From Syntrophales bacterium (lineage in GTDB: Bacteria > Desulfobacterota > Syntrophia > Syntrophales > PHBD01): 64,000 bases of DNA. Positions 31,914 through 41,941 of this stretch are shown in pieces. The translations under genes and the position numbers were made by a program. The notes beneath the pieces were generated by a model. That model ran no database searches, had not been told where the DNA came from, and saw only the letters and a program-made list of their open reading frames with translations. How positions within the stretch are numbered: the stretch's first letter is position 1; the number at the start of each line of letters is the position of its first letter. Where the stretch lies: positions 1,952,001-2,016,000 of the forward strand of contig OY764159.1 of assembly GCA_963668175.1 (NCBI GenBank), given 5' to 3'.

Positions 31914-32483
31914 ATGAATGCCACGAGGGCCGCATGCATCGGCTTGTGCCTGTGCGTGTGGATGGGGGGTTGCGTTACGAGGCCGGCGTCCTGGGAGCAT
32001 CGGGACCATTCCGACACATACAGGCTGCAGTCGGACGAGGAATACTGCAACCGCGTCGCGGAGCGGTCCGTCCGCAAGAAAAGGACCGAATACGAAGAGA
32101 GACGCAAGACCGACGGCTGCAAGGACTGTTCGTTCGGCCAGAGCCTGGCGTACTCGCTGGTTTCCGACTTCGTCGACGCGGCCTCCCTGGACCTGCACGC
32201 GGACATAACGTTCAATACCTGTATGAGGGACCTGGGCTACCGGGCGGTCGAGGCGCGTCCGGCCTCGTACGGCGCGGCGGCGGAGAGAGATGAAGCCGGT
32301 GCGCCGGAGCGGTACGAAACGCCGGATGCGGCTGCGGAACGCAAGGAAACCGGCCCGCCGCGGCGGTCGAGCACCTACGACCGGCGGAAATGCGAGAGTG
32401 ACTGCCGGTCCATGTATGAAAAGAGGCAGCTGAAGGTCGGCATCTCCATCGACAGCTGCATCTCCATCGTTTGTACGGACTAG
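31914..32483 (+). CDS. Cys-rich lipoprotein, hypothetical
   Basis: RBS GGAGG; lipobox-like MGGC; CMRDLGY motif; C-terminal CxxxC...CxxxxC. Confidence 0.65.
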   Translation: MNATRAACIGLCLCVWMGGCVTRPASWEHRDHSDTYRLQSDEEYCNRVAERSVRKKRTEYEERRKTDGCKDCSFGQSLAYSLVSDFVDAASLDLHADITFNTCMRDLGYRAVEARPASYGAAAERDEAGAPERYETPDAAAERKETGPPRRSSTYDRRKCESDCRSMYEKRQLKVGISIDSCISIVCTD

Positions 32484-32528
32484 CCGACCCCCGGCGGCAT
32501 ATCCTCGGATTCCCGCGCCGCATTCCTT

Positions 32529-33272
32529 TCACCCCGCGATGTCCTTCCGCAGCCTGACCGGCTCCGTCTGTTTCTTCCGCATGCGCAGGTTGAGCATCTC
32601 CACCGTGACGGAAAACGCCATGGAGAAGTAGATGTATCCCTTCGGGACATGGACGTCGAAACCCTCCATGATCAGCGTGACACCGACGAGGATGAGGAAG
32701 GAAAGGGCCAGGATCTTGATGGTCGGATGCTGGTCCACGAAGTCCGAGATCGGCTTGGCGGCGAACAGCATGACCCCGACGGATGCGACGATCGCAATCG
32801 CCATGATCGAGATCTGCCGGGCGAGCCCGACCGCCGTGATGACGGAGTCGAGGGAGAAGACGATGTCGAGGATGGCGATCTGGAAAAGTACCGCCGCCAG
32901 CGTGACCTTCTTGATGACGGGCATGTGCTCCTCCACCCCTTCCAGGCTGCCGTGGATTTCGTGGGTCGCCTTGGCGAGGAGGAACATGCCGCCCCCGATC
33001 AGGATGATGTCGCGCCCGGAGATGTCCTGGCCGAGGACGGAGAAGAGGGGCTGCGTCAGGCCGGCCACCCAGACGAGGGAGAAGAGCAGCGCCAGGCGGG
33101 TGAGCATGGCGAGCATCAGGCCCACGTTGCGGCCCAGGTTTCTCTTTTCGGCGGGCAAGCGGCCCACCAGGATGGAGATGAAGATAATATTGTCGATACC
33201 GAGGACGATCTCCAGGGCCGTCAGGGTCCCCAGTGCCGCCCATCCTTCCGGGGTCGTGATCCATGCGAACAT
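32529..33272 (-). CDS. TerC family integral membrane protein
   Basis: LEIVLGIDN, DIVFSLDSVITAVG and PKGYIYF motifs. Confidence 0.95.
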   Translation of the reverse strand: MFAWITTPEGWAALGTLTALEIVLGIDNIIFISILVGRLPAEKRNLGRNVGLMLAMLTRLALLFSLVWVAGLTQPLFSVLGQDISGRDIILIGGGMFLLAKATHEIHGSLEGVEEHMPVIKKVTLAAVLFQIAILDIVFSLDSVITAVGLARQISIMAIAIVASVGVMLFAAKPISDFVDQHPTIKILALSFLILVGVTLIMEGFDVHVPKGYIYFSMAFSVTVEMLNLRMRKKQTEPVRLRKDIAG

Positions 33273-33539
33273 AGTATGCTCCGTTGCGAATGGTTGAAGG
33301 TCTGCCGGTCCGTTTGCCGGAAACGCGGACAATCGGACGGGATTATTCCATATTTCGAGGCGAACTTCAACGGCATCCGTTCCGTCGGCAGGCGGTTTCC
33401 GTGCGGCTGCGGCGGCGAAAACCGCGCGATACGGACAAAAACGGCTGCGGAGAAATGGGCCGGGACGGCGGGCAAGCGCTTGCGCAGGGAAACGGACGCA
33501 CGGCGGGACGCACGATTACAGGATTGTAAGGAGGAGAAG

Positions 33540-33980
33540 ATGAGCGGATCGGGAATCCGAATGACGGAGGGCGGCAGCCGCCCCGGCGACGCCGACGTTG
33601 CGGCATGGATCGGCGCCGGGGCTTATGAACGCTGGCGGCAGGTCTAAGGGCTGATCGCGGAGGCGTATCCCGGCGTCTTCGTCCCCGAATGGCTCTTCGG
33701 GGGGAAGAAGCACGGCTGGACCCTCCGGTACAAGAAAGGCAAGTCCTTCTGCACGTTCGTTCCGGAGAAGGGGCGCTTTTTGCTCCTGATCGTTTTCGGA
33801 GCCGCGGAGCGGGCCGGGGCGGATGCCCTCAGGGAATCGCTGTCGTCTCCGATCCGGGAGGCGTACGACCGGGCGGCGACCTATCACGACGGCAAATGGG
33901 TCCTTTTCGATATCGACGGCGAAAGGGCCGCGGCGGATGCCATGAAGCTCCTGGCGCTGAAGCGCAAACGGAAGAAGTAA
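33540..33980 (+). pseudogene. DUF3788-like gene interrupted by an in-frame TAA (33645-33647)
   Basis: RBS AGGAGG; the frame continues past the stop: ...WRQV*GLIAEAYP...GWTLRYKKGKSFCTFVP...YHDGKW. Confidence 0.8.
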
Positions 33981-34062
33981 GAAGGACGTGCGGCGACGCC
34001 GGGGGCGACGCCCGCGGGAAAGAGGTCGGGGCGAAAAAGGGATGAAACAGGCGCGGCAGCCG

Positions 34063-34677
34063 TCAGGCGCGCTGCACTTCGCTAAGGGCGTCTTCCAGAT
34101 CGACGGCCATGGCGGCCCTGATCTTCTTTTCCACTGCGCCGGCCGTCTGCCGGTTCCGCCGGATGGAGGCAACGGCGGCCTCCGTGACGCCGTAGCGCAG
34201 GATGAGGTCCTCCACGCGCTCGTCGAGGCTGACGACCCTGTCGTGCATCACCCTCTTGTCGGCGTAGTTGACGATTTCCCGTTCCGAAAGGGTGGCCTCC
34301 GGATCGAAACCGGTCAGGATCACATGCTGCTCGACGATCTCGCCGACCCGCGGAAATCCGAGTTCGCGCAGTAGTGTGCCCCCGGTCCGGTCGTGCGATT
34401 CCTTCGTTTCCAGCGCCCGCGTCTTCGTGATGTCGTGAAGGAGCGCCGCGGCCATGACGAGGTCCCGGTCGACGGCCGCGCCGTTGCCCATGTTGTCCGC
34501 GATGGCGAGCGCCACCCGCATGACCTGCCGCGAGTGGGCGACGATGTTCGGCAGCATGCCGTACCGGGCCATGAGGTCGTCGCATTCGCGCAGGTTTGGT
34601 ATTCCGTCTCCGGGAAACATGGATGTGTTCGTTAATGCCTTCTTTGGGACCCGCCTTCCGGGGGGAGCTTCATTCAT
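34063..34677 (-). CDS. HD-domain (HDIG-type) phosphohydrolase
   Basis: HS, AALLHDITK, EQH and YADKR motifs. Confidence 0.9.
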   Translation of the reverse strand: MNEAPPGRRVPKKALTNTSMFPGDGIPNLRECDDLMARYGMLPNIVAHSRQVMRVALAIADNMGNGAAVDRDLVMAAALLHDITKTRALETKESHDRTGGTLLRELGFPRVGEIVEQHVILTGFDPEATLSEREIVNYADKRVMHDRVVSLDERVEDLILRYGVTEAAVASIRRNRQTAGAVEKKIRAAMAVDLEDALSEVQRA

Positions 34678-35122
34678 CGGACAGGGGAAAGATCATCACC
34701 CTCGCCGCCCGCCTGCCCAGGAAGCCTAATCTGGCCGCGGCGGCCCTTGTCAGGTCGATAAGTTCGTAGCCGTGGTCCCGGCAGCGGTCGTTGACGGTAA
34801 CGACGACGGACCGGTCGTTGGCGAGGTTGACCACCTTCACGCGGGTGCCGTGCGGGATCGTCGGGTGGGCCGCCGTGAGCTTCCTGTGGTCGAAGACCGC
34901 GCCGGAGGCCGTCCTTCTTCCCTGATAGCGCTTCCCGTAATAAACGGCCAAGGCCTTTACGCCTTCCGGTTCCTGCTGCTTTGGAGCCGCCTTCTCCTCC
35001 GCCTCGCCCGCTTCGACCTTTGCCGGTTCCTCCGCCCGTACGGGGCTGCCGGCGACCGCGAAGGCCAGATGGCCGATCAGCAGCAGCCCCAGCACATGTC
35101 TCGTCGTCTTTTTCAATGCCAT
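34670..35122 (-). CDS. rlpA: RlpA-family lytic transglycosylase (DPBB domain)
   Basis: YYG...TASG...TAAHPTIPHGTRVKVVNL...VNDR...IDLT. Confidence 0.85.
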   Translation of the reverse strand: MALKKTTRHVLGLLLIGHLAFAVAGSPVRAEEPAKVEAGEAEEKAAPKQQEPEGVKALAVYYGKRYQGRRTASGAVFDHRKLTAAHPTIPHGTRVKVVNLANDRSVVVTVNDRCRDHGYELIDLTRAAAARLGFLGRRAARVMIFPLSDE

Positions 35123-35136
35123 CGTCCTCTCAAGCA

Positions 35137-35333
35137 CTAACAGCTTGTTGAAGAACTCGATTATGAACCCCCTATGCAGGGGGCATACAGGCTGCTTGCC
35201 CCTTTCAGGGGGTTCAAAAACGTCCAGATGTAAGGTTTATCCCCTTTAGGGGACGCGCAAGACCCCCTGCGGGGACGCAACCCCCTATGCAGGGGGCACG
35301 CGCGACAGATGGACTTTTTTCAACAGACTGTTA
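35137..35333 (-). mobile_element. MITE/REP-like repeat, copy B, carrying five mini-hairpin inserts
   Basis: The reverse complement aligns to 8667-8844 (CTGTTGAAAAA, CATCTGTCGCG, CCTTACATCTGGAC, TTTTTGAA, CAAGCTGTTAG). Confidence 0.85.
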
Positions 35334-35666
35334 TCCTCCTTCAAAACGGTCCCGCCTGTCAAGCCTTTCCTGCCCTCGGCGCCGCGCAGTCCTCTGTAAA
35401 TGCGGCATATAACGGGTAATTATGCGTTCATCCTCGGCGCCCGAAGTCCCCGCCGTGAATGTGTCCCCATGATATACCGAAATATTGCTTGACAATACAA
35501 TCTTCAGATAGTACATACAATACTGTCGACAATAATCAGGACATCAAGGCGGTCTCCCCGGACCGATACAGGGGCCGATGGGAGGAAAGCGCCATAGATA
35601 CAGGTACTTTGGTGGATATCCATATTCAACCGGGTCGGTTCCGTTGGGGCCCCAGGGAGGAAAACG

Positions 35667-35813
35667 ATGTCACCCAGAGCATACAGAAGGTACTACAAGG
35701 CATTGGACCGCATCAGGTATCTCGGCGGGAATGCTGCGGGGCGTTGCCGCCTCCGGTGGTCCATTCGCGAATTCGGCTATGAAGCAGCAATCCTCCTTCT
35801 CATGACCGAATAA
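35667..35813 (+). CDS. Putative 48-aa small protein
   Basis: GGGAGG-N6-ATG; MSPRAYRRYYKALDRIRYLGGNAAGRCRLRWSIREFGYEAAILLLMTE. Confidence 0.4.
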   Translation: MSPRAYRRYYKALDRIRYLGGNAAGRCRLRWSIREFGYEAAILLLMTE

Positions 35814-36233
35814 CCTTCTCCGTACATGGCGTTCCTCCTTCCGTCGGCCCCCCTGAATTGAAACAGGGGTGCGGCGGGCCGGGAGACGGGCTTTTCCCGG
35901 GCGGTTGCCGGATGAATCATTTCCATCGGATGTGTAGGAAATGCATCACGGCCTTCATCGCTTCGTCCGCAATCGAAAGAGGAAGCAATAAAGCCGCAGC
36001 GACGGCGGCGGATATTTAGAATAGTTCGATAATATTGATCTTTTATATAAACGGTGTGCGGACCGGGTGTTTACGTGTGTCTCGTTCGTGTCCGTCGTCC
36101 GGCATAGAGCGCATGCAGACTGTCCCTGGGTATGAATCAAATAAGGCAGGCGGGAGAAGGCAGGAGAGACCCATATTGAATATTAATCAGCAATATCCAT
36201 GTGATATGCTTGCAAAGGGGCGCAGGGTCCAAT

Positions 36234-36250
36234 CTGGCACGCCGCTTGCA
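36234..36250 (+). promoter_or_regulatory. Consensus sigma54 promoter
   Basis: CTGGCACGCCGCTTGCA = TGGCACG-N4-TTGCA, with an AT-rich region upstream. Confidence 0.8.
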
Positions 36251-36261
36251 AATTTTTCATT

Positions 36262-36610
36262 ATAAGAGATGGACGTATCGTTGTCCCCTTAACCCGGCAC
36301 CTTCTTTACAGGATGACAAGCCGGAGGCATCGGATTCGGCAAGCGGCCGGATGGACCGGATAAGGATGAAGCCTTCCGGATTTGTCGGGAAGGGGAGATG
36401 CTCGATAGCCGGATTTACAGATTTCTCCACTCTGCGGCCAGCCGCAGATCAAACCATGGGACCAGGTTTGTTCCACCTGGTCCTCCTCATGGTTTCCCGG
36501 CCGGACAGGGACCGCATCGGACCTGGATCTGCCGCACACGTTGACGATGTTGTAAAGGGGTGCCGGAAGGAGTCGCACCCGATGATCCGAGTGGGATACA
36601 GGGGAACACG
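36262..36610 (+). ncRNA. Candidate GGA-rich sRNA
   Basis: Begins at the sigma54 start site; 11 GGA motifs in 36311-36413; no convincing ORF. The 3' end is undefined. Confidence 0.3.
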
Positions 36611-37212
36611 GGGTAAGCGTACAGGCAGCCTTTACGTAGAAATTTTCGGAAGAATTGTGCTTTATCACAACTGGACCGAGTAGAAGAGACTCTCATAAAC
36701 GGTGGCAAAGTTTTCTTCTGCTCTAACATAGGGACCGGTCGCCATAAGCCGGTCCCTCCTCTTCTCTTCTGAGCATAACTGCCTTATACGCCCATCCACG
36801 TTCCTTCATCGCGGAAAGAGATTGCATGTCCGTTTCTCCGCCGGGCGCTTCCGCAGACTGCGCGGGTTCCCACGGGAGAAACCGGCCTTTATAACCCTGC
36901 GCCTGCGGGAGGAGAGCGGCTTTCGGCCTGCTTCCGGGAGGCTTATGCGGTGAAAAAAAGAGACACAGGATCTGCGTGCGGACTTCGGGCCGCCGACGAA
37001 GCCGGAGCGGTTTTCCTGCCGCCCCGGATGGAAGGCAATACCGGGACGGGCGGCCTGCCTCAAGCCCGTTCCGGACGCCGCCCGAAAGATTGAATCGGTA
37101 AAACGGCCCGCCGGCGGGAATCAACAGCCCGCGGGCCTGAGCAAGGAGGGGAGTTCGTGCAAGGGGCACGGACCCACAAGAAAAGAAGAACATAAACCCT
37201 TGGAGGAAAGAG

Positions 37213-38469
37213 ATGAGTAAGAGAGAAGCTGTTATTGTTTCAGCATGCCGGACGCCCGTAGGGTCGTTCGGCGGAACATTGAAGGGAGTGCACGCTTACA
37301 AGATTGCCGCGACGACGATGAAAGAGGCGATCGGAAGGGCCGGAATCCCGGCGGATATCATTGACGACGTCCGTTACGGCTGCTGTCTTGAGCCGTACGA
37401 TGCCCTGAACATCGCCCGCGTGGCGGCGCTGGAGGCCGGTATTTCCGACCAGAGCACGGCAGTGACGATCAACCGGGTCTGCATATCGGGAATGGAAGCG
37501 GTCGTATCGGGGATGGCGATGATCGAGGCCGGCCTGGCCGACGTCATCCTGGCAGGCGGCGTGGAACATATGTCGGGCGTCGCCTACGCGGTGCCCGGTG
37601 CGCGCTGGGGATGCCGCCTCCAGAGCCAGAGCTTCGACGACATGATGATCGAGGCCCTGCACTGCGGCTCCAAGCTGCTGCCCGGGCCGGAGAAGGGCCC
37701 CTTGAAGGAGGGCCTGCCGATCGATCTGTATAAGGGAAAACCATACATCATGGGCCATACGGCGGAGTTCGTCGCCCAGATGTACAACATCAGCCGGGAG
37801 GAGATGGACGAAGTCGCGCTTCGGAGCCATAACAACGCCGAATGGGCCACGAAGGAAGGGGCGTTCCGCGACGAGATCGTTCCGGTGGAGGTCCCCCAGA
37901 AGAAGGGGAAACCGCCGGTTATGTTCGACAAGGACGAACACTTCATGCCGGGTCTCACGATCGACAAGCTGGCGGCGCTGCCCCCGGCCTTTATTCCGAA
38001 AGTCGGCAAGGTGACGGCCGGCAATTCTTCCGGGCTCAACGACGGCTCGAGCGGCATGGTGATCATGTCGGCCGACAAGGCGAAGGAGCTGGGCGTTGCG
38101 CCCATCGCGCGGATCAAGGCCGTGGGATACGGCGGCTGCCATCCCTCCGTCATGGGGATCAGCCCCGCCCCGGCGGTCAGGTCCCTGATGGGCCGTTCGG
38201 GACTCCGGATCGCCGATTTCGAGCTCATCGAATTGAACGAGGCCTTTGCGGCCCAGTACCTGGGGGTGGAGAAGGAGCTGGGCCTCAACAGGGAAATAAC
38301 GAATATCAACGGTTCGGGAATCGGCCTGGGCCATCCGATAGGATCGACGGGATGCCGGATCATGGTAACGCTGCTTCATGCCATGAAGAAACGCGGCAAG
38401 TCCCTCGGGCTCGCGGCGCTTTGCGGCGGCGGCGGCGTGTCCATGGCCTGCGCTCTGGAGATGATGTGA
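37213..38469 (+). CDS. Acetyl-CoA acetyltransferase (thiolase)
   Basis: RTPVG, INRVCISG, TAGNSSGLNDG, ELNEAFA, GHPIGSTG and LCGGGG motifs. Confidence 0.97.
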   Translation: MSKREAVIVSACRTPVGSFGGTLKGVHAYKIAATTMKEAIGRAGIPADIIDDVRYGCCLEPYDALNIARVAALEAGISDQSTAVTINRVCISGMEAVVSGMAMIEAGLADVILAGGVEHMSGVAYAVPGARWGCRLQSQSFDDMMIEALHCGSKLLPGPEKGPLKEGLPIDLYKGKPYIMGHTAEFVAQMYNISREEMDEVALRSHNNAEWATKEGAFRDEIVPVEVPQKKGKPPVMFDKDEHFMPGLTIDKLAALPPAFIPKVGKVTAGNSSGLNDGSSGMVIMSADKAKELGVAPIARIKAVGYGGCHPSVMGISPAPAVRSLMGRSGLRIADFELIELNEAFAAQYLGVEKELGLNREITNINGSGIGLGHPIGSTGCRIMVTLLHAMKKRGKSLGLAALCGGGGVSMACALEMM

Positions 38470-38591
38470 CATGGATCCGATGCGGGAAAACCCGTCGGTG
38501 TGAAAGAAGGATTGAAGACGAATCCGTTTCCGGACGGACGGCGGGTCCTTCCGGGACGCAAGGTAATTCCCGGCTGAACGATCAGGTGACA

Positions 38592-38625
38592 GGGGCGGTT
38601 GTTGCACAACAACCGCCCTTTTTTT
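38592..38625 (+). terminator. Intrinsic terminator after the thiolase
   Basis: GGGCGGTTGTTG-CA-CAACAACCGCCC-T7. Confidence 0.85.
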
Positions 38626-38749
38626 ATCCGCCGCTTTCGGCTGTCCCTGCGGCGGCGCCGAAGTCCGCCCGCGGCTCCGGGACGCCGCCCGGTCCGGTGA
38701 AAGGACCCGCGGGAGAGAGGGCGACGCGACGTTTCGCGGCCGTGATAAC

Positions 38750-39232
38750 ACTGCCGCATTTATTTCGAACGTCGGCAAAACGGCGTCCGGTAATTCTTCT
38801 GGACTTCATGACGGCTCCAGCTGTATAATAGCCGCACTTTCAGACATGGTAAAGGCGCTCGGCCTTGCGCCGTTATAGGAATCAAGGCCGGGTACTGCGG
38901 CGGCCGCCACCCGTCGGCGACGGGGAACGTCCCGGTTCTGGCGGTCAGGCCCCTCAAGGACCACCCGGGATATTGGACCGCCGATGTCGATCTGATCGAA
39001 TGTAACGAGGTCTTTGCTGCCCGGTCCCCGGAGATTGTGAAGGAACCGGGCTTCGGCAGGGAAATAGCGGGATGTGAAGTCCGGGCAGCGGCCCGGACCG
39101 TCCTTTCGGATCAACGGGATGCTGGATCATGGCAACACTGCTTCATACGATGAAGAAACGTGGGAAAAACCCTGGGACTCGCGGCAATTTACGATGGCGG
39201 CGTGTCCATGGCATGCGCCCTGAAGATGATAT
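38750..39232 (+). pseudogene. Decayed duplicate of the thiolase 3' third
   Basis: Colinear with about 37980-38469, with indels and stops; ends [23 protein letters not shown] versus [24 protein letters not shown] in the intact gene. Confidence 0.9.
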
Positions 39233-39261
39233 TAAATTCATTGATGGGGGGTTTTACAAGC

Positions 39262-41163
39262 ATGATGGGAGGTTTTTCTTTTAGAACAGGCGGATTGAAG
39301 GCGAAATTGGTGCTGGGCGGCTGTCTCATGGCCATGATTCCGGTGATTGTCCTCGGGGCCGTTGCCGTCTTCAACGCCAAGACTTCCATGGAGAAGGCAA
39401 CAGACGAACAGATTGTAATGATTTCCAAGAGTATTGCGGACATGGTCGACGGCGTGCTGACTTCCGAGTCCAGCGCCATTGCCATGCAATCCCGGCGCGC
39501 GGCGGTGATCCAGGCCGTCCGGGACAAGAACGCAGGCGACACCGCGAAGGCGGATTTGTTGCAGCAGGATTTGAGCGGACTCCAGGCCATTACCGAAGGC
39601 CGGTACGAGGGGATCGTCGTCACGGGCCGGGACGGCGTCGTCATCGCCGACAACCTCAAGGGGGCGTCGAAGGGCCTCAACCTGGCGGACAGGGAATACA
39701 CCAAGAAGGTCCTCCAGGGACAGAGCAGCCTGAATCAGGTCGACATATCGAAGCGGTCGAACGCACCGATCCTGACCCTGGCCCATCCGGTGAAGGACGA
39801 AAACGGCCAGGTCATAGGCATGGTCGCCGGCATCCTCAACGTTCCTTACCTCGCGGCGAAAATCAACGAGATCAAGCTGGGCAAGTCGGGTTACGCCTTC
39901 GTCGCCAACAAGGAAGGGACGATCATCGTCTATCCGGACGCCAAGCAGGTCCTGAAAATGAGCATCATCCAGCCAGGCGCGGAAGAGATGGCCAAGAAAG
40001 CGATGGCCGGAGAGACGGGCGTCCAGAGATTGACGCTGAGGGGCGTCGAGAAGTACTCGGGCTTCGCCCCGGTCAAGCTGAACGGCTGGAGCGTCATGAC
40101 GACCGTGCCGGTGGACGAAATGCTGGCGTCGGTCAATTCGACGCGGACGATCATCATCGGCGGCGTCCTCTTCTTCGCTCTTATTGCGGCCGTGGTGGCC
40201 TATCTCTTTGCCCGGGCCATCGCCGTTCCCATCCAGAACGCCGCGGACAGGCTTTCCACCGGCGCAAACGAAATCACGTCCGCTTCCGGCGAAGTGGCGA
40301 CGGCAAGCCAGAGCCTCGCCGAAGGGACTTCCGAACAGGCGGCGGCCATCGAGGAGACGTCGTCGTCCCTGGAGGAGATGTCGTCCATGACGCAGCAGAA
40401 TGCCGACAACGCCAACGCGGCCAACAAGCTGACGGAAGAGGCCAAGAACGTCATGGACCGGGCCAACGGCACCATGAAGAACCTCACCCTGTCGATGGAC
40501 GAGATCTCGAAGGCCAGCGACGAAACCTCGAAGATCGTCAAGACCATCGACGAGATCGCCTTCCAGACGAACCTCCTCGCCCTTAACGCCGCCGTGGAAG
40601 CGGCGCGGGCCGGCGAGGCGGGGGCGGGATTCGCCGTCGTCGCGGAAGAGGTCCGTAACCTGGCGATCAGGGCGGCCGAGGCTGCAAAGAACACCTCCGG
40701 CCTGATCGAAGACACGATCAAGAAGATCAAAGGCGGCTCGGATCTGGTCGCCCAGACGAACGCGGATTTTTCGCTGGTTGCCGAGTCTGCGCGCAAGAGC
40801 GCGGAGCTCATGAGTGAAATCGCCGCGGCTTCGGCCGAGCAGGCCCAGGGCATCGGCCAGGTCACCAAGGCCGTCCACGAGATGGACAAGGTCGTTCAGC
40901 GGAACGCCGCCAACGCGGAAGAATCGGCCTCGGCCTCCGAAGAGATGAACGCCCAGGCAGCCACGATGCAGGAGGTGGTCCGGGAGCTCGTCGCCGTCGT
41001 CGGCGGCAGCGGGAGCGGCAGAGCTGTGGTCGCTGCGGCCGGACCGGCCGCCGGAACGGGCATGAAAATGACCGCCGCGGCGCCTTCCCACGCCGTGGTA
41101 TCGAAGAAAGCCGTTTCCGAACGGCTGATCCCCTTCGAGGGGAGGGACGGCGAAACGTTTTAA
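39262..41163 (+). CDS. Methyl-accepting chemotaxis protein with dCache sensor
   Basis: TM-Cache-TM-MA architecture; [20 protein letters not shown]. Start moved past the thiolase remnant. Confidence 0.93.
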   Translation: MMGGFSFRTGGLKAKLVLGGCLMAMIPVIVLGAVAVFNAKTSMEKATDEQIVMISKSIADMVDGVLTSESSAIAMQSRRAAVIQAVRDKNAGDTAKADLLQQDLSGLQAITEGRYEGIVVTGRDGVVIADNLKGASKGLNLADREYTKKVLQGQSSLNQVDISKRSNAPILTLAHPVKDENGQVIGMVAGILNVPYLAAKINEIKLGKSGYAFVANKEGTIIVYPDAKQVLKMSIIQPGAEEMAKKAMAGETGVQRLTLRGVEKYSGFAPVKLNGWSVMTTVPVDEMLASVNSTRTIIIGGVLFFALIAAVVAYLFARAIAVPIQNAADRLSTGANEITSASGEVATASQSLAEGTSEQAAAIEETSSSLEEMSSMTQQNADNANAANKLTEEAKNVMDRANGTMKNLTLSMDEISKASDETSKIVKTIDEIAFQTNLLALNAAVEAARAGEAGAGFAVVAEEVRNLAIRAAEAAKNTSGLIEDTIKKIKGGSDLVAQTNADFSLVAESARKSAELMSEIAAASAEQAQGIGQVTKAVHEMDKVVQRNAANAEESASASEEMNAQAATMQEVVRELVAVVGGSGSGRAVVAAAGPAAGTGMKMTAAAPSHAVVSKKAVSERLIPFEGRDGETF

Positions 41164-41268
41164 CCGACGTTTTTCGGGCCGACCGGACGGCCGTTCGTGA
41201 AAGGCGGACGGATGGTCGGCGATTCCGTCCGGGATGAATAATCATTCCTCTTTGAATGATCCATAGAC

Positions 41269-41303
41269 GGGGCGGCCGTTGCAGGACGGCCGTCCTTTTT
41301 TTT
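41269..41303 (+). terminator. Intrinsic terminator after the MCP
   Basis: GGGCGGCCGT-TGCAGG-ACGGCCGTCC-T8. Confidence 0.85.
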
Positions 41304-41572
41304 GTATCCGGCGGCTTCCGCCGTTCCTCGCCCATGCCGATCCCCCTCCCGAAATCCGGGAAACACCCTCCTCGCCGCGATTGCCGGCGAACAACCCTGT
41401 TCCCCGTCATCCGTTGCGTCACAGGAATAATTCCGTTCCTCTTATTCCGGACAATGAAGATGCCGTCTTTCAGGGGAGGTGAAGGGTTTCCGGACGGGGC
41501 CGTTCCCCGAAAAGCCATATACGACGTATATTTCCGCCGTACCCTGCTGCCGGCCGACGGTGCGGTTTCATT

Positions 41573-41589
41573 CTGGCATGTATCTTGAA
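41573..41589 (+). promoter_or_regulatory. Sigma54-like promoter
   Basis: CTGGCATG-N4-TTGAA (variant -12), 65 nt before 41654. Confidence 0.55.
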
Positions 41590-41653
41590 AATATCCATGG
41601 ATGGAGCAGCAAAACGGTCTTAGTTCAATCAATGAGGAAAGGAGAGAGAGTAT

Positions 41654-41941
41654 ATGATGATGGACCCGATGCAGATGAGCAAGCAGGTTGTCGATTTCAA
41701 CAAGAGGGCTTTCGGGAGTTCGTTCACCGCAGTGAGCATGATGCAGGACAACATGATGAAGGCCATGGACGCTTTCATGAACCAGTCCCCGCTCTGCCCG
41801 GCGGAAGCCAAGAACCATATGGCTTACTGGATGAAGGCCTGCACCGATTGCCGCGACAAATTCAAGACGGCCATGGACGACAACTTTACGAAGTTTGAAA
41901 GCTGGTGCAACGGCCATATGGGAGAAAAAACGGCCAAGTAG
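41654..41941 (+). CDS. Phasin-like helical protein
   Basis: Pattern Q..KQ.V.FNK.AF...F......Q.....P.EAK.....W...; purine-rich RBS. Confidence 0.6.
   Translation: MMMDPMQMSKQVVDFNKRAFGSSFTAVSMMQDNMMKAMDAFMNQSPLCPAEAKNHMAYWMKACTDCRDKFKTAMDDNFTKFESWCNGHMGEKTAK

Noticed and set aside
33645..33647. Selenocysteine/pyrrolysine recoding
   Set aside because: The codon is TAA, and TAA is used as a normal stop throughout the window.
35160..35300. Hairpin series as a CRISPR array
   Set aside because: The units are non-identical and irregularly spaced, the intervening DNA is the host MITE, and there are no cas genes.
36582..36683. 33-aa ORF MIRVGYRG... after AAGGAG
   Set aside because: Support is limited to an SD-like motif, which is expected anyway in a GGA-rich tract.
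38480..38590. c-di-GMP-I (GEMM) riboswitch (GGGAAAACC...GAAA...GGGACGCAAGG)
   Set aside because: The spacing and P2/P3 pairing do not fit, and it lies in a 3' UTR before a terminator. No GEMM motif was seen upstream of the MCPs either.
39160..39261. N-terminal extension of the MCP in the ORF track
   Set aside because: It is mostly the thiolase C-terminal remnant; ATG 39262 gives a normal MCP N-terminus.
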